From Neovahlkampfia damariscottae (taxonomy: Eukaryota), in the NCBI GenBank assembly GCA_016618085.1, contig JABLTG010000032.1, forward strand, positions 62,001 to 126,000: DNA of 64,000 nucleotides. Direction: 5' to 3'. The translations under genes were made by a program, and so were the position numbers. Numbering within the stretch: the stretch's first letter is position 1; every line of letters begins with the position of its first letter. Below, in pieces: positions 51,401 to 63,661 of the stretch. The notes below the pieces were generated by a model that worked only from the letters and a program-made list of their open reading frames with translations, searched no databases and was not told the DNA's origin.

Positions 51401-53785
51401 TGAATCCTCTTTTAAAAGTTCTTTTGCTATTTTGGAAAAAGTCAATGCTGGTTCAAAAGCAAAATTCTTTTTTGCAATATCTGCTGCTTTCAAATTTAAA
51501 TTGATCAATTCAGTAATGTCTGTAAAATGATCACCAGCTTTATTTAGATTGTTAACAATATCAAATATGAATTCGTCAATTTGATTTTCTTTTTTCGCTT
51601 TTTCTAAAATTTTCTTTCCAATCTGAGCATGAATTTGATCTCGATCTTCAAAAATTTCATATGCTGATTGTTGTAATCTATCATGAACGAATTTGAATGA
51701 TTCTTTGGATTCAACAACCCATCCCAAACGAATAGGTTCTAACAAATCTTTGTAAGTGTGTGTTGGTGACTTTTCAGAAATCAATGAAAGCATATCCAAT
51801 GAAAAAGTATTACCAATACAAGCAGCCCGATTTAATATTAATTTGCATGTATTAGAGTATTCCTTTAAATTATTTACCATAAAATCAACAACATTTTCTG
51901 AGAATTTTGTCGTTGAAATTTTTTGTAGATCCCATTCCCATTTTTCAGTTGAATAATTGAATTTGATTAATTTCTTATCATAAAGATTGAAAATAAACTC
52001 TTTGATAAAAAAAGGATTACCCATGGTCATTTTGAACACTAACATAGCAAAATCTTTCACATCCATATTTTTTAATGAATCTTGTAATATTTCTTCAATG
52101 AATTCTACTTGCAAATACTTTAAAGTGAGTGTTTCAAATTTTCTTTCTTTAAAGATTGGTTGTAATATTGTATTCATTTGATGAGTTGGAGAAACTTCAT
52201 TATCTCTATATGCACCAATAAGGAATACTCTGATATTTTTTCGCTTAATCATTGAATTGATTAAATTCAAGCTTGGTGTATCAGCCCATTGTAAATCATC
52301 CAAAAACAAAGTCAAAACTTTCTTTGATGAAATAACACTGAAAAAATCAAGTAAAGTTTCAATGAATCTCTCTTGTTGATCATTTTCAGATGAAAGTGGA
52401 GATAAATCTGGTTGATCACCTAATATATATTGACTTTCTTGAATCATGTTGGTGATGATTTTACCATTTTGTTTCACAGCTTCTAATATTTTCTTTTTTT
52501 CCATTTCCAATTTTTCTTTGGATTCTGTTGATAAGAGTAAAAAGTATTTTCGGAGAATTCTTTGAAAAATTACCAATAAAATTTGACTTACTGAATGAAA
52601 GCACTGTACGGTATTGACTTTTGAAATTGATCAAATTTTCCAGAAAATGAAACGGAGTTTTTTTCTGATGCAAGAATTGCATCAACTAAACACTGTGAAA
52701 AAATGATGTTAAAAATAAAATATTTCAAACTGATTTTCCAATGCCACTCACTCCAGCTATTAATAACATTTGTGTTTCTTGTTTTTCTTGAACTTTTTGT
52801 AGAACTTTTTTTCCTAACTTAATTTCTTCATCTCTTCCGTAAAGTTTGTTTCCAAATAAAAAAGTATCATTTACATCATATTGGCCAGCTTTGAATTCTT
52901 GTAATTCCTTTTCAATATTCAAATTTTTAAGAATAAATTCTAATTCCTTCTTCACTCCAGCTATTGAAGAGTATCGATCTGATTGGTTCTTTTTCATCAT
53001 TTTTTGAACTACATCCTCAAGAGATTGAGGAACATTTGAATTCTTTAATTGAATTTTTGGTGGTGTCTTTGCGATATGTGAATAAATTACATTATTTAAA
53101 TCTCCGTTGAAAGGAACAACTCCAGTCAATAGTTGAAAGAAAGTTATTCCTAATGAATAAATATCACTTGTTTTGTTTACAAGTGCGTTAGTCCTTCCTG
53201 TTTGCTCAGGGCTCATGTACAAAAAGGTTCCTAAAATTATATGTGAAAACTAGAAATGAACAAACCTCTTATTGCTTCAGATTTTGGGACGTTTGGATGT
53301 TTTAATGAAACTAATGCACTGGCTTCAAAATCAACAATTGTATATCTATTCTTTTCTTTGTCAAATAAAATATTTTCAGGTTTGATGTCACAATGAACAA
53401 TATTGAGTTCATGAACCAATTGAAGCACTTCACAAACTTTAATTGCTAAGTTTAAAAACTCTTCGACTTTGAGACATTTATTCTTTTCTAATAAACTTTT
53501 CAAAGAAACTCCATGTAACGCTTTGATAACAATCATACTGTTTTGTTCATGGTGAAATAATAGTGGTTCTGGAAAGAATTGAGGATTCTTGTCATAAAGA
53601 ACCGAGCTAATTTGATAATCTTTTTGGTAGAAACGAATTGCTGCTTCTGAAGGAAAGTCGTGTGGGTAAATTTTGAGAACAACTTTTTTTTCTTGGTAAA
53701 TGCCTTTAAACACTTTGCTGTTCTTTGAAACATGAATAGGTTTTTCATCTGTGAGGATGAAATCGTCTGGTAGTTTGTCAGTCAT
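48452..53785 (-). CDS. Ser/Thr kinase-like + STAND/AAA ATPase + helical repeats + GAF + class III adenylate cyclase
   Basis: HCDIKPEN, YMSPEQTGR, GVSGIGKS, LFLDDLQWAD, GNPFF, FVHDRLQQ; GAF KSVLCAPI..GILYLEN; cyclase FSDIRDFT, DKFIGD, TVNTASRME; three short introns. Confidence 0.9.
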
Positions 53786-54013
53786 ACCTTCCTTTTTTTC
53801 TTTGAGTAATTAATTAGATACTCTCATTCAACCAATAAAGAAAATTTATCTTCTTTAAGAATTAACTGTTTGGGAAGGTGTCTGAGAATGGAGCAAAAAA
53901 TACTGAATTTGTTCTAACTTCAAATTTGGAGGATTTGTTCAGCCCTAATTTGGTGAAATTTGTCAAAATTTCTAAAGGTTTCAAATTATGACATGTTTTA
54001 TTTACAAGTGTTT

Positions 54014-54310
54014 TCAATCAAAAAACATCATTTCCGTTTCATCCTTCAACTCATGACACAACTTGGCGTGTAGTTTGCCGCTCCATTGTGTTCTTGGAAT
54101 TTTGGAACCACAATAAGAACATACCATGAAGCTGTATTTCTTATTTTGTGACTCATGATCTTTTGCTTTGTGAGTGACAGTTTTATGCTTTTTGAATAGT
54201 TCTGGAGTGCTGATTTTAATAGGTTGTATGTTTGGACTTGTCACTCTTTCAATTTTTTCAATAGAGGTTCTTAGTATATCTTTTCTACTTTGTTTTCTTT
54301 TCAGTGACAT
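54014..54310 (-). CDS. Small basic protein with C2H2-like zinc finger (paralog of 48155-48370)
   Basis: FMVCSYCGSKIPRTQWSGKLHAKLCH. Confidence 0.6.
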   Translation of the reverse strand: MSLKRKQSRKDILRTSIEKIERVTSPNIQPIKISTPELFKKHKTVTHKAKDHESQNKKYSFMVCSYCGSKIPRTQWSGKLHAKLCHELKDETEMMFFD

Positions 54311-54499
54311 TTCTTGTTGGTTTTGTTTGCCCACTTGAAGTTTCTCCTGTGAATTGGATTCTGATTGGTCAATCAATTAATTATATTTGTTGTGCTGTTT
54401 CAAATTCAATTTCTTGGAAATTATACCCTTTCATTTGAATTCAAAAAGCAAAAAAAAATTTCGAATTTCTAATCGTTTTTATTTGTCAGTTTTCCACTT

Positions 54500-55106
54500 T
54501 CACAATTCAAATTTCTTCAGTGTAGCACTATCGTTGAATCCTAATTCTTTCAAATGTTGATTCCAATTGAAAAATACTTCTCCATGAATTTCTCTTTCAA
54601 GTTGTACTAATTGTTTCATAAATCCAAGATTTGGTTTTACAATAGGTCTTTTTTCTTGAACAAAAATTAAAGTTTCTTCAAATTTTTTCTTTTCTGATTT
54701 CATGATGTACTGGAAAACAATTTTAAAAAAAAAAAAAAATTACACAAATAACAGCAGTAGCAGAACGACTTACACCATATGAACAATGTACCTAAACATA
54801 TTTAATCATTATTTTAAACCAAACCAAAACTTTTCCTTTTTTCTTTTTTGTTGATGAAACAAATTTATGTATTTCTTGAAAATCATCATACAAATATGAA
54901 TCAACTGTATCATTAATATCTATTTTCATATATTCAAAATCAGAAGGATGAAAGTTATCCACCTGAGAAGTTACATTTAAAATGTGAGTCACATTCAATT
55001 CTTTCAGCAGTTCTTTATCCTTTGCGTGATATTTATCTCCTAAAAATAAAAAATCTTTTCCATCTTCATATGTTAAAATAACTGTTGGTTTTTCTTCATC
55101 AAACAT
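54500..55106 (-). CDS. Atypical dual-specificity protein phosphatase
   Basis: LFLG, THILNVT, spliced HCSYGVSRSA, RPIVKPNLGFMKQL. Confidence 0.9.
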
Positions 55107-55207
55107 GTTTTTGTTGTTTTTGATAACTTGTGATGTTCGATTGGTCAAATAATTTCAACCGTTTTCACTTCAATTTATTTTTTGAATTCATAAAAAAAAA
55201 AAATAAT

Positions 55208-56880
55208 TTATTCTTTAAACAAATTGTCATCTCTATAAACTAATTTTTCAATTAAATCCGCAGTAGCTTTAGCTAATTGAGTCAAAGCTTCCAAATTTAC
55301 ATTTTCAAGTGAATCACAAGGTTTATGATGACAAGGGTCAAGTTCTGCATCAGCAATGCCTTGAAACATATTTCTTTCTTCAATTGATTTGATATCTGTT
55401 GAACCTGCAGTCATTCCTCCAACAGGAATTCCAGCATTGATAAAAGGAACAAAATCATTTTGTGTCATTGAGTCCATTGGTAAATTTTTCCATTTCTCTT
55501 TTTGTTTGTCAAAATAATTTCTATAATATTGTGATATCTTTGCACTAAATGGTCTAATTGCAGGATTTGAAGCAGTTCTACCATCAAAAATTCCACGAAT
55601 GTAATTTGGTGAAGCAAGTGTATCAAGATTCACATAAGCAACAACAGAACTTGGATCAAATAAACTTGAAACATAATATTTTGAACCAAATGAACCAACT
55701 TCACCAGCACCCCAAAAAGCAAATCTAACTGTAGAAATGTTTTTAATTTATTTTTTTTTTTTCAAACCTTCATAAGATGTATCAAGAGCAATACCCAAGT
55801 TAAAAAATTGAATAGCCATTTCTAAAAGAGCAGCAACACCAGAACCATCTAAAAAAAAAAATCAATTTTTTTTCAACACTTACTATCATTTAAACCAGGA
55901 CTTCCTGAAGATGAATCTAAATGACCACCGATAACAATCATCTTTTTTGATGGTTTTTCTTTTTTACCTTCATGAATTTTTTCAAAAAAATCACAAAAAA
56001 CGTTGAACGTCCATTCCATTTCAATTTTTGTATCCCAGTGTAAATTTAAAATGACAGTTTTATCAATAAAATTTTCAGTCCTTAAAGTTTTACCAACTAA
56101 AAAAGAAACTGAAAAAACAGGTATATCAATAAGTTTTAAATCATAAGTCCATTCTTTAAAGTTGATTAATTGTTTTGTTAAAAGATTTCCTGATTCAGCT
56201 GTTTGTTGAAAGAGAACTCCTTTAACACCTGATTTTTGAGCGTTTAAACTTTTATCATATAAACTACAAATTGAAGTATCTGATGATATAACAACTAAAG
56301 CATCTTTTGAATTTTCAAAGTCCGTCAAATTACAACCTCTTGCTGGAAGAAAGTCTAAAAATTTAAGTGAAGCAGTGATATTTTGATGTCCTTTTCCACC
56401 ATAGTGCATTTGAAGAAAATCTATTTCATGTTTGTATTTTATATGAGTTGGTTTTATTTGAGTTAAACTTGGTTTGTTAATTTGCTCATAAACAGGAACT
56501 TGGAAATATTGTCTCCATATATTACATCTTTTTTTGTTCTCGTTGTATAAAGTTCTCATAACATAAAAAGCGCTTTCGTTAAAACCATGGTTAACACTTC
56601 TTCCAGGAATGGTCATTCGTTTCGCTATTAAATCTAAATTTTTGAGATGTACCTCTAAAGAATCACTGTGAATTACATTTGACAGTGATAAATCAGGATT
56701 TCTAGCATAAAATAAAAGAGCTGTTGCTCCTCCAAGTGTAAATAAAAAAGCTATGAAAAAGAAAACACATGCTCCGTATGGAACAAATTCTTGTATCTTT
56801 GGACATCGACTCGGTATTTCATATTCTTCAGAAAGAAGATGAAAATCCTCCATCGAGTTGTGTTTGTTTGATTCTTCCAT
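55208..56880 (-). CDS. Type II membrane M28 aminopeptidase-like protein with PA domain
   Basis: N-terminal TM, GGHLDS, GLND|NGSG, FWGAGE, NLDTLASPN, DPCHHKPCD; two introns. Confidence 0.85.
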
Positions 56881-57141
56881 AAAATTATGATTGGATGAAA
56901 AAATAACACAACTCCAAAAGTTTTTCTTTTGAAAAACAATTTTATTGATTCATAAAATAAAAACTAAAAATGAATAAAAATCACTTCAAAAAAAATCAAC
57001 CAATAGTTCTTGTTTTTAACTCTAAAAAATGTTTTTTCGTCCAGGTTTGAAAGTGAAAAGAAAAATTAACAGTTTTTAGTTTTGTCAACCATAAATTTAA
57101 TTAAACATCAAAATTTCAAAAATTTGTTGAACAATCAAGAA

Positions 57142-57309
57142 ATGTCTTATGTTACAAATAAAAAAAGAAGAATTCGTAGATTTAAAAGAAAAATGATAAA
57201 AATTCAAGAATTTAGAAAAAAATTTAATGAAGAAATGGATTTATTAGAAGCAGAAAATTTAAAATTAAAAAATGAAAATCAAACACAAACATCAACTCAA
57301 GCAAATTAA
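57142..57309 (+). CDS. Possible small basic coiled-coil protein
   Basis: Short ORF MSYVTNKKRRIRRFKRK...LEAENLKLKNEN in an otherwise empty spacer; no family recognised. Confidence 0.3.
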   Translation: MSYVTNKKRRIRRFKRKMIKIQEFRKKFNEEMDLLEAENLKLKNENQTQTSTQAN

Positions 57310-57435
57310 AATTGTTTTTTTTTAATTTTTGGATGTTGTGTGTTTTAAATTAATTTAAATTTCTCAAACATTTTAGTGAAACAAAATGAACAACTGATAT
57401 AAACTCTTTCGTAAATATCTCCGATTGGACAAAAC

Positions 57436-57941
57436 ATGCGGTTAAAAATTTGTGCATTGCTGCTCTTTGTCTGTATTGTCCTCACAAACTCCATAAAACT
57501 ATATCCATCTGAAAAAGTAATTCATGGTTCTGGATACTTATACATCGCAAAATCTAAAATACCAAACAGTGGAAAAGGTGTTTTTACAAAAAGAACTTTA
57601 AAAGAAAATCAACTTGTTGAAGAATGTCCTTTATTACTAGTAGAAAAATCAGTAATGAAAACAAAACTTGCTGATTATGTCTTTTTACCAAAATATCAAG
57701 ACAAAAAAAAATATAACGTTTTAGCTCTTGGTTTCTGTTCAATGTATAATCACCATGACAATGCCAATGTTTATCGGAGGTAAACACATTTTAAGATTAA
57801 AATATTTTTCATAGACAAAGTAAAGATATGACCATGATGTATTATGCAAGTAGAAAAATAAAACAAGGAGAAGAATTGTTCATAGATTATGGTCCAAATT
57901 ATTGGAGTTCAAGAACAATGAAAAAAGAAACAAAAAATTAA
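57436..57941 (+). CDS. Minimal SET-domain protein with N-terminal signal peptide
   Basis: GKGVF, SMYNHH, GEELFIDYG; intron 57780-57814; N-terminus MRLKICALLLFVCIVLTNS. Confidence 0.85.
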
Positions 57942-59440
57942 ACTTTACACCATTTGATTAATGTCAATGCTAAAATTTCAGCACATTGATAAATTTTTTC
58001 AATTTCAATTGATTCATCTTTTTGATGTGCCAATGATGTTTCTCCTGGACCGAAAACAATTGCAGGAATGCCATATTGAGTTAAATAACCACCTAATTAT
58101 GTTATAATTTTAATGAATTTTGGTTAAATTACCGTCAGTTCCCCATGGAGAAGCTTCAATGATTGGTTTTTCTTTCATGACTGTTTCATAAGCATTTGAT
58201 AAAGTTTTAACAATATCATGATGAACATCAACACCACCAGGAAGCCAATGCGCACCCCAAAATTCTAATTTTAATGGGTTTTCTTTAATCCAATCATCAT
58301 TGATGGTCAACAAAGCTTTTCTCAATTGTGATCTTGCTTCATCCATTGTTTCAGAAGGTGAAACTCCTAACTGAAATTATTGTTAGAAAACAACAAATTT
58401 TTACTCTTCCTTCGAGTATGACATGATCAGCTACTGAAGAAGCCCATTGTCCACCGTAAATTTTTCCAATATTTATTGGAATTGGAATTGGCAAATGAGC
58501 AAAGAGAGGATCTTCTTTTCTGATTTTATCATTTCTTTCTTTTTCTAATTCTTGTATTTTTTTAATCACCAAAACACTCTTTTCAATGGAAGAAACACCA
58601 TTATATCTTGTTCCACCATGAGCAACTTTTCCAAAAACATGAATTCTGAACCATGTTGAACCCTGTGTTAAAAATAAACATTAGATAAAACTTACTTGTT
58701 GTTTTGGAAATATTTTCATATTGGTAGGTTCTGGGATTATAGCAGCATCAGCTTTATATCCACGTAAAACAGTTGATAATGTACCTGCTCCTCCTGATTC
58801 TTCTTCAACGACAGATTGAAATATAACATCACCTTTCAATTTGATACCTAAATCTTTCAATATTTTCAATGCAAGATATGATGAAAAAACACCTCCTTTC
58901 ATATCAGTCGAACCTCTTCCAAAAATTCTTCCATTTTCAATTTTACCACTAAATGCATCATCAGACCATTTTGCTTCTCCTTCAGGAACAACATCAACAT
59001 GTCCATTTAAAATAACTGAAGAAAACTTTTCTTCTTTTTGTGAAGCATTGATATCAATGTGAACATTTGTTTTACCAGTTCCTTTTAAAATAGCAACAAT
59101 ATTTGGACTGTTTTTGAAAGAGTCTCTGTTTGTTTGAAAAAATTCATTTTTTTTCATTTCTTCCAAATCCATTTCATACTCATCAACTACAAGACCTAAA
59201 TCTAAAAGTTCTTGTTTCATTATTTGTTGAATTTTGTATTCATCTTTTGAAAAACTTCTTTGTTGAATCCAGTTTTGAAGTGTTTTTAAAGTATCTCCTT
59301 TTTTTAATTCTGCAACATGGTTTTTTATTTTTTCGGAATAATTCTGAAAGAGTTTGTGAGTTTTTAAATGGAGTTACAGTTTCTTTTGAATTCACAAAAA
59401 ACACAAAAAGAAATAAAATTAAGAGTGATTTTGAGTACAT
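57938..59440 (-). CDS. M20A peptidase/deacetylase (ArgE/DapE family) with signal peptide
   Basis: [44 protein letters not shown]...AH; several introns. Confidence 0.9.
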
Positions 59441-59657
59441 GCTGTTGGTTTCGAACAAACCGACAAAATTTGACCAATAAAACAGCTTTTTCAATTGACA
59501 AAAAAAATGTCAGCAAGTACAGTTTAGAATCATCTTATTCATGTGAATTAGTTGAAGTTTTGTTGTTGGTCATCATATGCTTCCTAATTTCAAACAAATG
59601 GATAAAAATTTGGAGATGAAAAAAAAAGAAAAATTGTGGTTTGTGATTTCTGCAATT

Positions 59658-61299
59658 TCAATCAAATTTTATTTTTCTCTTTCTCAAAACAAATGGATGA
59701 TTATATTTTGGAGATGAAGTGATAAAACTGACTTCTTCTTCATATGTTGATGAATCAATTCCTTCTTTGAGATGAATAGAATATTTTTGAATGATTGTTG
59801 CAAGAATCATTGTTGCTTCTACTTCTGCAAATTTTGATCCAATGCAATTTCTCTTTCCGTAAGAGAATGGAATATAACCTTTAGGATGTGGACTTTGAAT
59901 GAATCTGTCAGGTAGGAATTCAAGTGGATTTTCCCATAATTTTTCATCTTTATGATAGCATGCCATCAACAATTGAAACACAGTACCTTTTGGAAAATCA
60001 CGTCCGCCTAAAGTTGTTTTTTGTAAACTTTTTTTGACAGTTTGTTTAATAGGTGAATGAAGTCTCAAAACTTCTTTGATTGTTGATTGAGTATATTGTA
60101 GTTTTTTGTAATCATCAAAAGTACCATTTTTATCTTCAAGTATCTCACTAACTTCTTTGAAAACTTTTTGTTGAATCTTTGGGTTTCTTGAAAGCATGAC
60201 CATTGTCCAATGCATGGTACTAGCAGTTCTGAAAAATTTTTAAAGATGATTAGTTCCTTACGTTTCATGACCAGCAAAGAAGAAAATAAACATGTTTGAT
60301 ATCAATTCCATGTCGGTAAATTCAACACCTGTTTCACCTGCTTGTGATTGCACCATTAATTTGACCAAACTGTCATTCACATCTTCATTTGAGTTGTCTT
60401 CTTCTAAATTCTTCTTGCATTTTTGCAATATGAATCTTGCATATTCTTCAAAGTCATGGACAGAATTCATTTGTTTTTTGAAAAATGGCAATTTAAGAAG
60501 TATCTTTGGGGCAAAATTGTGAAAGACTAATCCTTCAATCAAATGCATTAATGAATCAACAAGTGTCATTCCCACATTTTTTGGAATTTGATCAGATTCG
60601 AATTTTCCAAGACTCAATTCTTCCAATGCTTTTGTTTCATATCCAAAGACAGAAGTTGATAATATATCCAAAGTCAAATTAGTGAATGGTTTTCTGAACA
60701 AAAAGTTAGAATTTTAAAAGATATTTACTTCAATGCAAGGTCAGAAACATCATTTTTGACGAATAAATTAAGCATTTTGTTTGTACATTGTACAGTTGAA
60801 TCGCTCACATGTCTTAAATAGTTTTCTTGCATGAATATTGGATTGAATAATATTCTTTGATGTTTCCATTCATCACCAACTGATGCCAACATATTTGGAC
60901 CATAAGGTTTTAAAATACGATACATTTCCAAAGGTTTAGTGTAATTTTTCGATTTTTGAATGCAAATCTCTTGGACCAAGTCAAAATCACTTTTTGAAAA
61001 TAATCAGTATGTGTCTAAACCTACCAAACTACAACAAATTTATGAAAAGAAACTAAAATGTAGACAAAAGGGGTTTTGAATCTTTTTGATGTTTCAAGAA
61101 TCAGTCTTTCTTGTTCTTTGGTTGAAGGTCTTCCAAAAAATTCAGAAAAAGGCATTCGGGGATGGCAAAAATGAGCATAGGCAATTGGTATATCTTCTGA
61201 AAATGTCTTGTAATAAAGTATTCTCCATGAGATGTACAAATAAGTAAAGTATGCAAAGACAGCGAGCACAGGCCAGGTGATAAAATTAATCAAGAGCAT
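59658..61299 (-). CDS. Cytochrome P450
   Basis: N-terminal anchor, FFAGHET|TA, KEVLR, PDRF, PFSYGKRNCIG. Confidence 0.95.
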
Positions 61300-61426
61300 T
61301 GTTTGACCAATCAACAATCTTCCGAATCTTTAAATAAAACTTCGGATAATTATTTTTCCGTTCTATCTCCAATCCAGGAAAAATAAATGCACATTATTTT
61401 TGAAAAGAAAAATACATTTGAACAAT

Positions 61427-63035
61427 TTAATGAATTCTTTTTCTCAAAATGAAAGGAAGATCATGTTTTGGTGTTGAAGTGACAAACGAAGTTTCTTCTT
61501 CATATTCTGAGGCATTAATTCCATCTTTCAAATGAATTGAATAATTTTGAATCAACGTTGCAAGTGTAATAGCTCCTTCAACTTCTGCAAACTTATACCC
61601 AATACAATTTCTTTTACCATACGAAAACGGCATATAATGAGAAGGATTATGCTCTTTCAAGAATCTTTCTGGTTGAAACTCATATGGATTTTCATAATAT
61701 CTTTCATCATAATGAATTGCTTGCATGTGAGATTGAAAAATAGTTCCTTTTGGAAATACTCTTCCACCAATGGTTGATTTTTCAGTATTTACCTTCACAG
61801 TTGCTTTAACTGGTGTATGCATTCTTAATACTTCTTTTAACACTGCTTGGGTGTATTTCAATTTTCCATAATCTTCATAAGTGGCATCTCTTCCTTCCAG
61901 AACTGAAGCAACTTCGTGATGAAATTTTTCTTGAGCTTCTTGATTTCTTGCAAGTAAAATCATTGCCCAATGCATTGTTCCAGCGGTTCTACAAAATATT
62001 AAATTCAAATCTAAAACTCACGTTTCATGTCCAGCAAAAAAGAAAATGAACATATTTGAGATCAGTTCTTTATCAGATAATTGTCTTTCTTCACCATCTT
62101 GAGATTTTACCATTAACTTTACTAAGCTGTCATTAAGATTATCTTCAACTTTATTTTTGCGACATTTTTCTAAAATGAATTTCATGTACTCTTGAAAGTC
62201 ATGAACTGAATTTTTTTGTTTTTTGAAGAATGGAAGGTTATAAATGACACTAGGTAGAAGCAATTTCATAACTAACCCGTGAATTGAATTCATCAAAGCA
62301 TCAACTAAAGTCATTGAAACAGTAGATGGAATTTCACCATGTTTGTATTGGTCAAAATCAATAGGATCCAAACCATTGGTTTCAAAACCGAAAACAGATG
62401 TTGACAAAACATCCAAAGCTAATTTCTTAAAAGGTTCTCTTTTGAATTTTTAAATATATTTGTTCAAACCTTAATTGGACTTCATTGACGGTTTCTTTTA
62501 ATTTCAGTGACATTAATTTTTTTGTGCATTTGACAGTTGAGCCACATACAAATTTTAAATATGTTTCTTGTGTAAAAACAGGGTTGAATAGAACTCTTTG
62601 ATGTTGCCATTCGCTTCCAACTGAAACTAAAACATTTGGACCAAAAATATCCAATAATTTGTATATTTCTATCGGTTTCAAGTGGGTTTTTGATTTTTTG
62701 ATGTTTATTTCATGAACTGAGTCAAAATCTCTTTTTGTTTTTTAATTTTTTTTTTTTTACGTCACAACCACAAATTTTTTGAAACCTAGCAAACAACTGA
62801 CAAAAGGTGTTTTGTATTTTTTTGAAGTTTCAATGACAAGCTGTTCTTTTCTTTTTGAAGAGTCAACACCAAAGTATTCACCATACGGAGTTTGTGTGTG
62901 GAGAAAATGTCCATAAGCAAGTGGTATTTCTTTGTCATTCAACATAGAGTAGTATATTATTCTCCATGAAAAGTATAAATAACCAACGTACAATAAAACC
63001 AGCGTAATCAGCACCAACACAACAGTGAGTAACAT
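61427..63035 (-). CDS. Cytochrome P450, tandem paralog
   Basis: AGHET, KEVLR, PERF, PFSYGKRNCIG; same intron positions as the neighbouring P450. Confidence 0.95.
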
Positions 63036-63203
63036 TTTTCAACCAATCAAATTGTAAGTTCAAAAGACAGAACTGAAATAATTTCTTCAGATGAAATGGA
63101 ATGTATCAGTGCAGAAAGCAAAAAAATGAAAATAAACAAAAAAAAAAATGTTTTAATAGATTCTTGGATCCTATTTGGATTTTGGTTTGTTTTACTGTTT
63201 AAT

Positions 63204-63527
63204 CTACAAAACATTGAAAATTGATTCATCCCATTGTTCATGAAGTGTATCCATTATGGCATCAAGAGAAATTGGTTTTGATGAAATAAATCCTTTTACA
63301 TCTATCATCTTTCTGGCAATTTTTTTCTCATCCCTTTTTATTGTGACTGTTTCTTTTATCTTCAGTGTTGGTTCTGAAAGGCTTCGTTTTTCGGGTATAG
63401 ATTCATCTAAGTCAAACTTCAGGGTTTCCAAGCATGGAGAAGAACCACTTCTCTTTTTCTTTTTCTTTTCCAAGAACTTCTTGTACTCACTGAAGGAAGA
63501 AAACCTTTTACTGTTGAGCTGCATCAT
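63204..63527 (-). CDS. Small hypothetical protein
   Basis: About 107-aa ORF filling the spacer, with ATTGG about 30 nt upstream; no family recognised. Confidence 0.45.
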   Translation of the reverse strand: MMQLNSKRFSSFSEYKKFLEKKKKKRSGSSPCLETLKFDLDESIPEKRSLSEPTLKIKETVTIKRDEKKIARKMIDVKGFISSKPISLDAIMDTLHEQWDESIFNVL

Positions 63528-63661
63528 TTTTTTAGGTACAAATGACAAAACTGTTTTATTGGTCAACAATCAGAATCAAACTTAAAATGGACAATTTCCA
63601 AAAACAATGCTCATTGACCTGAAAAAACAAAAAAATTTTCAATCAAATTTTATTCATTCAT

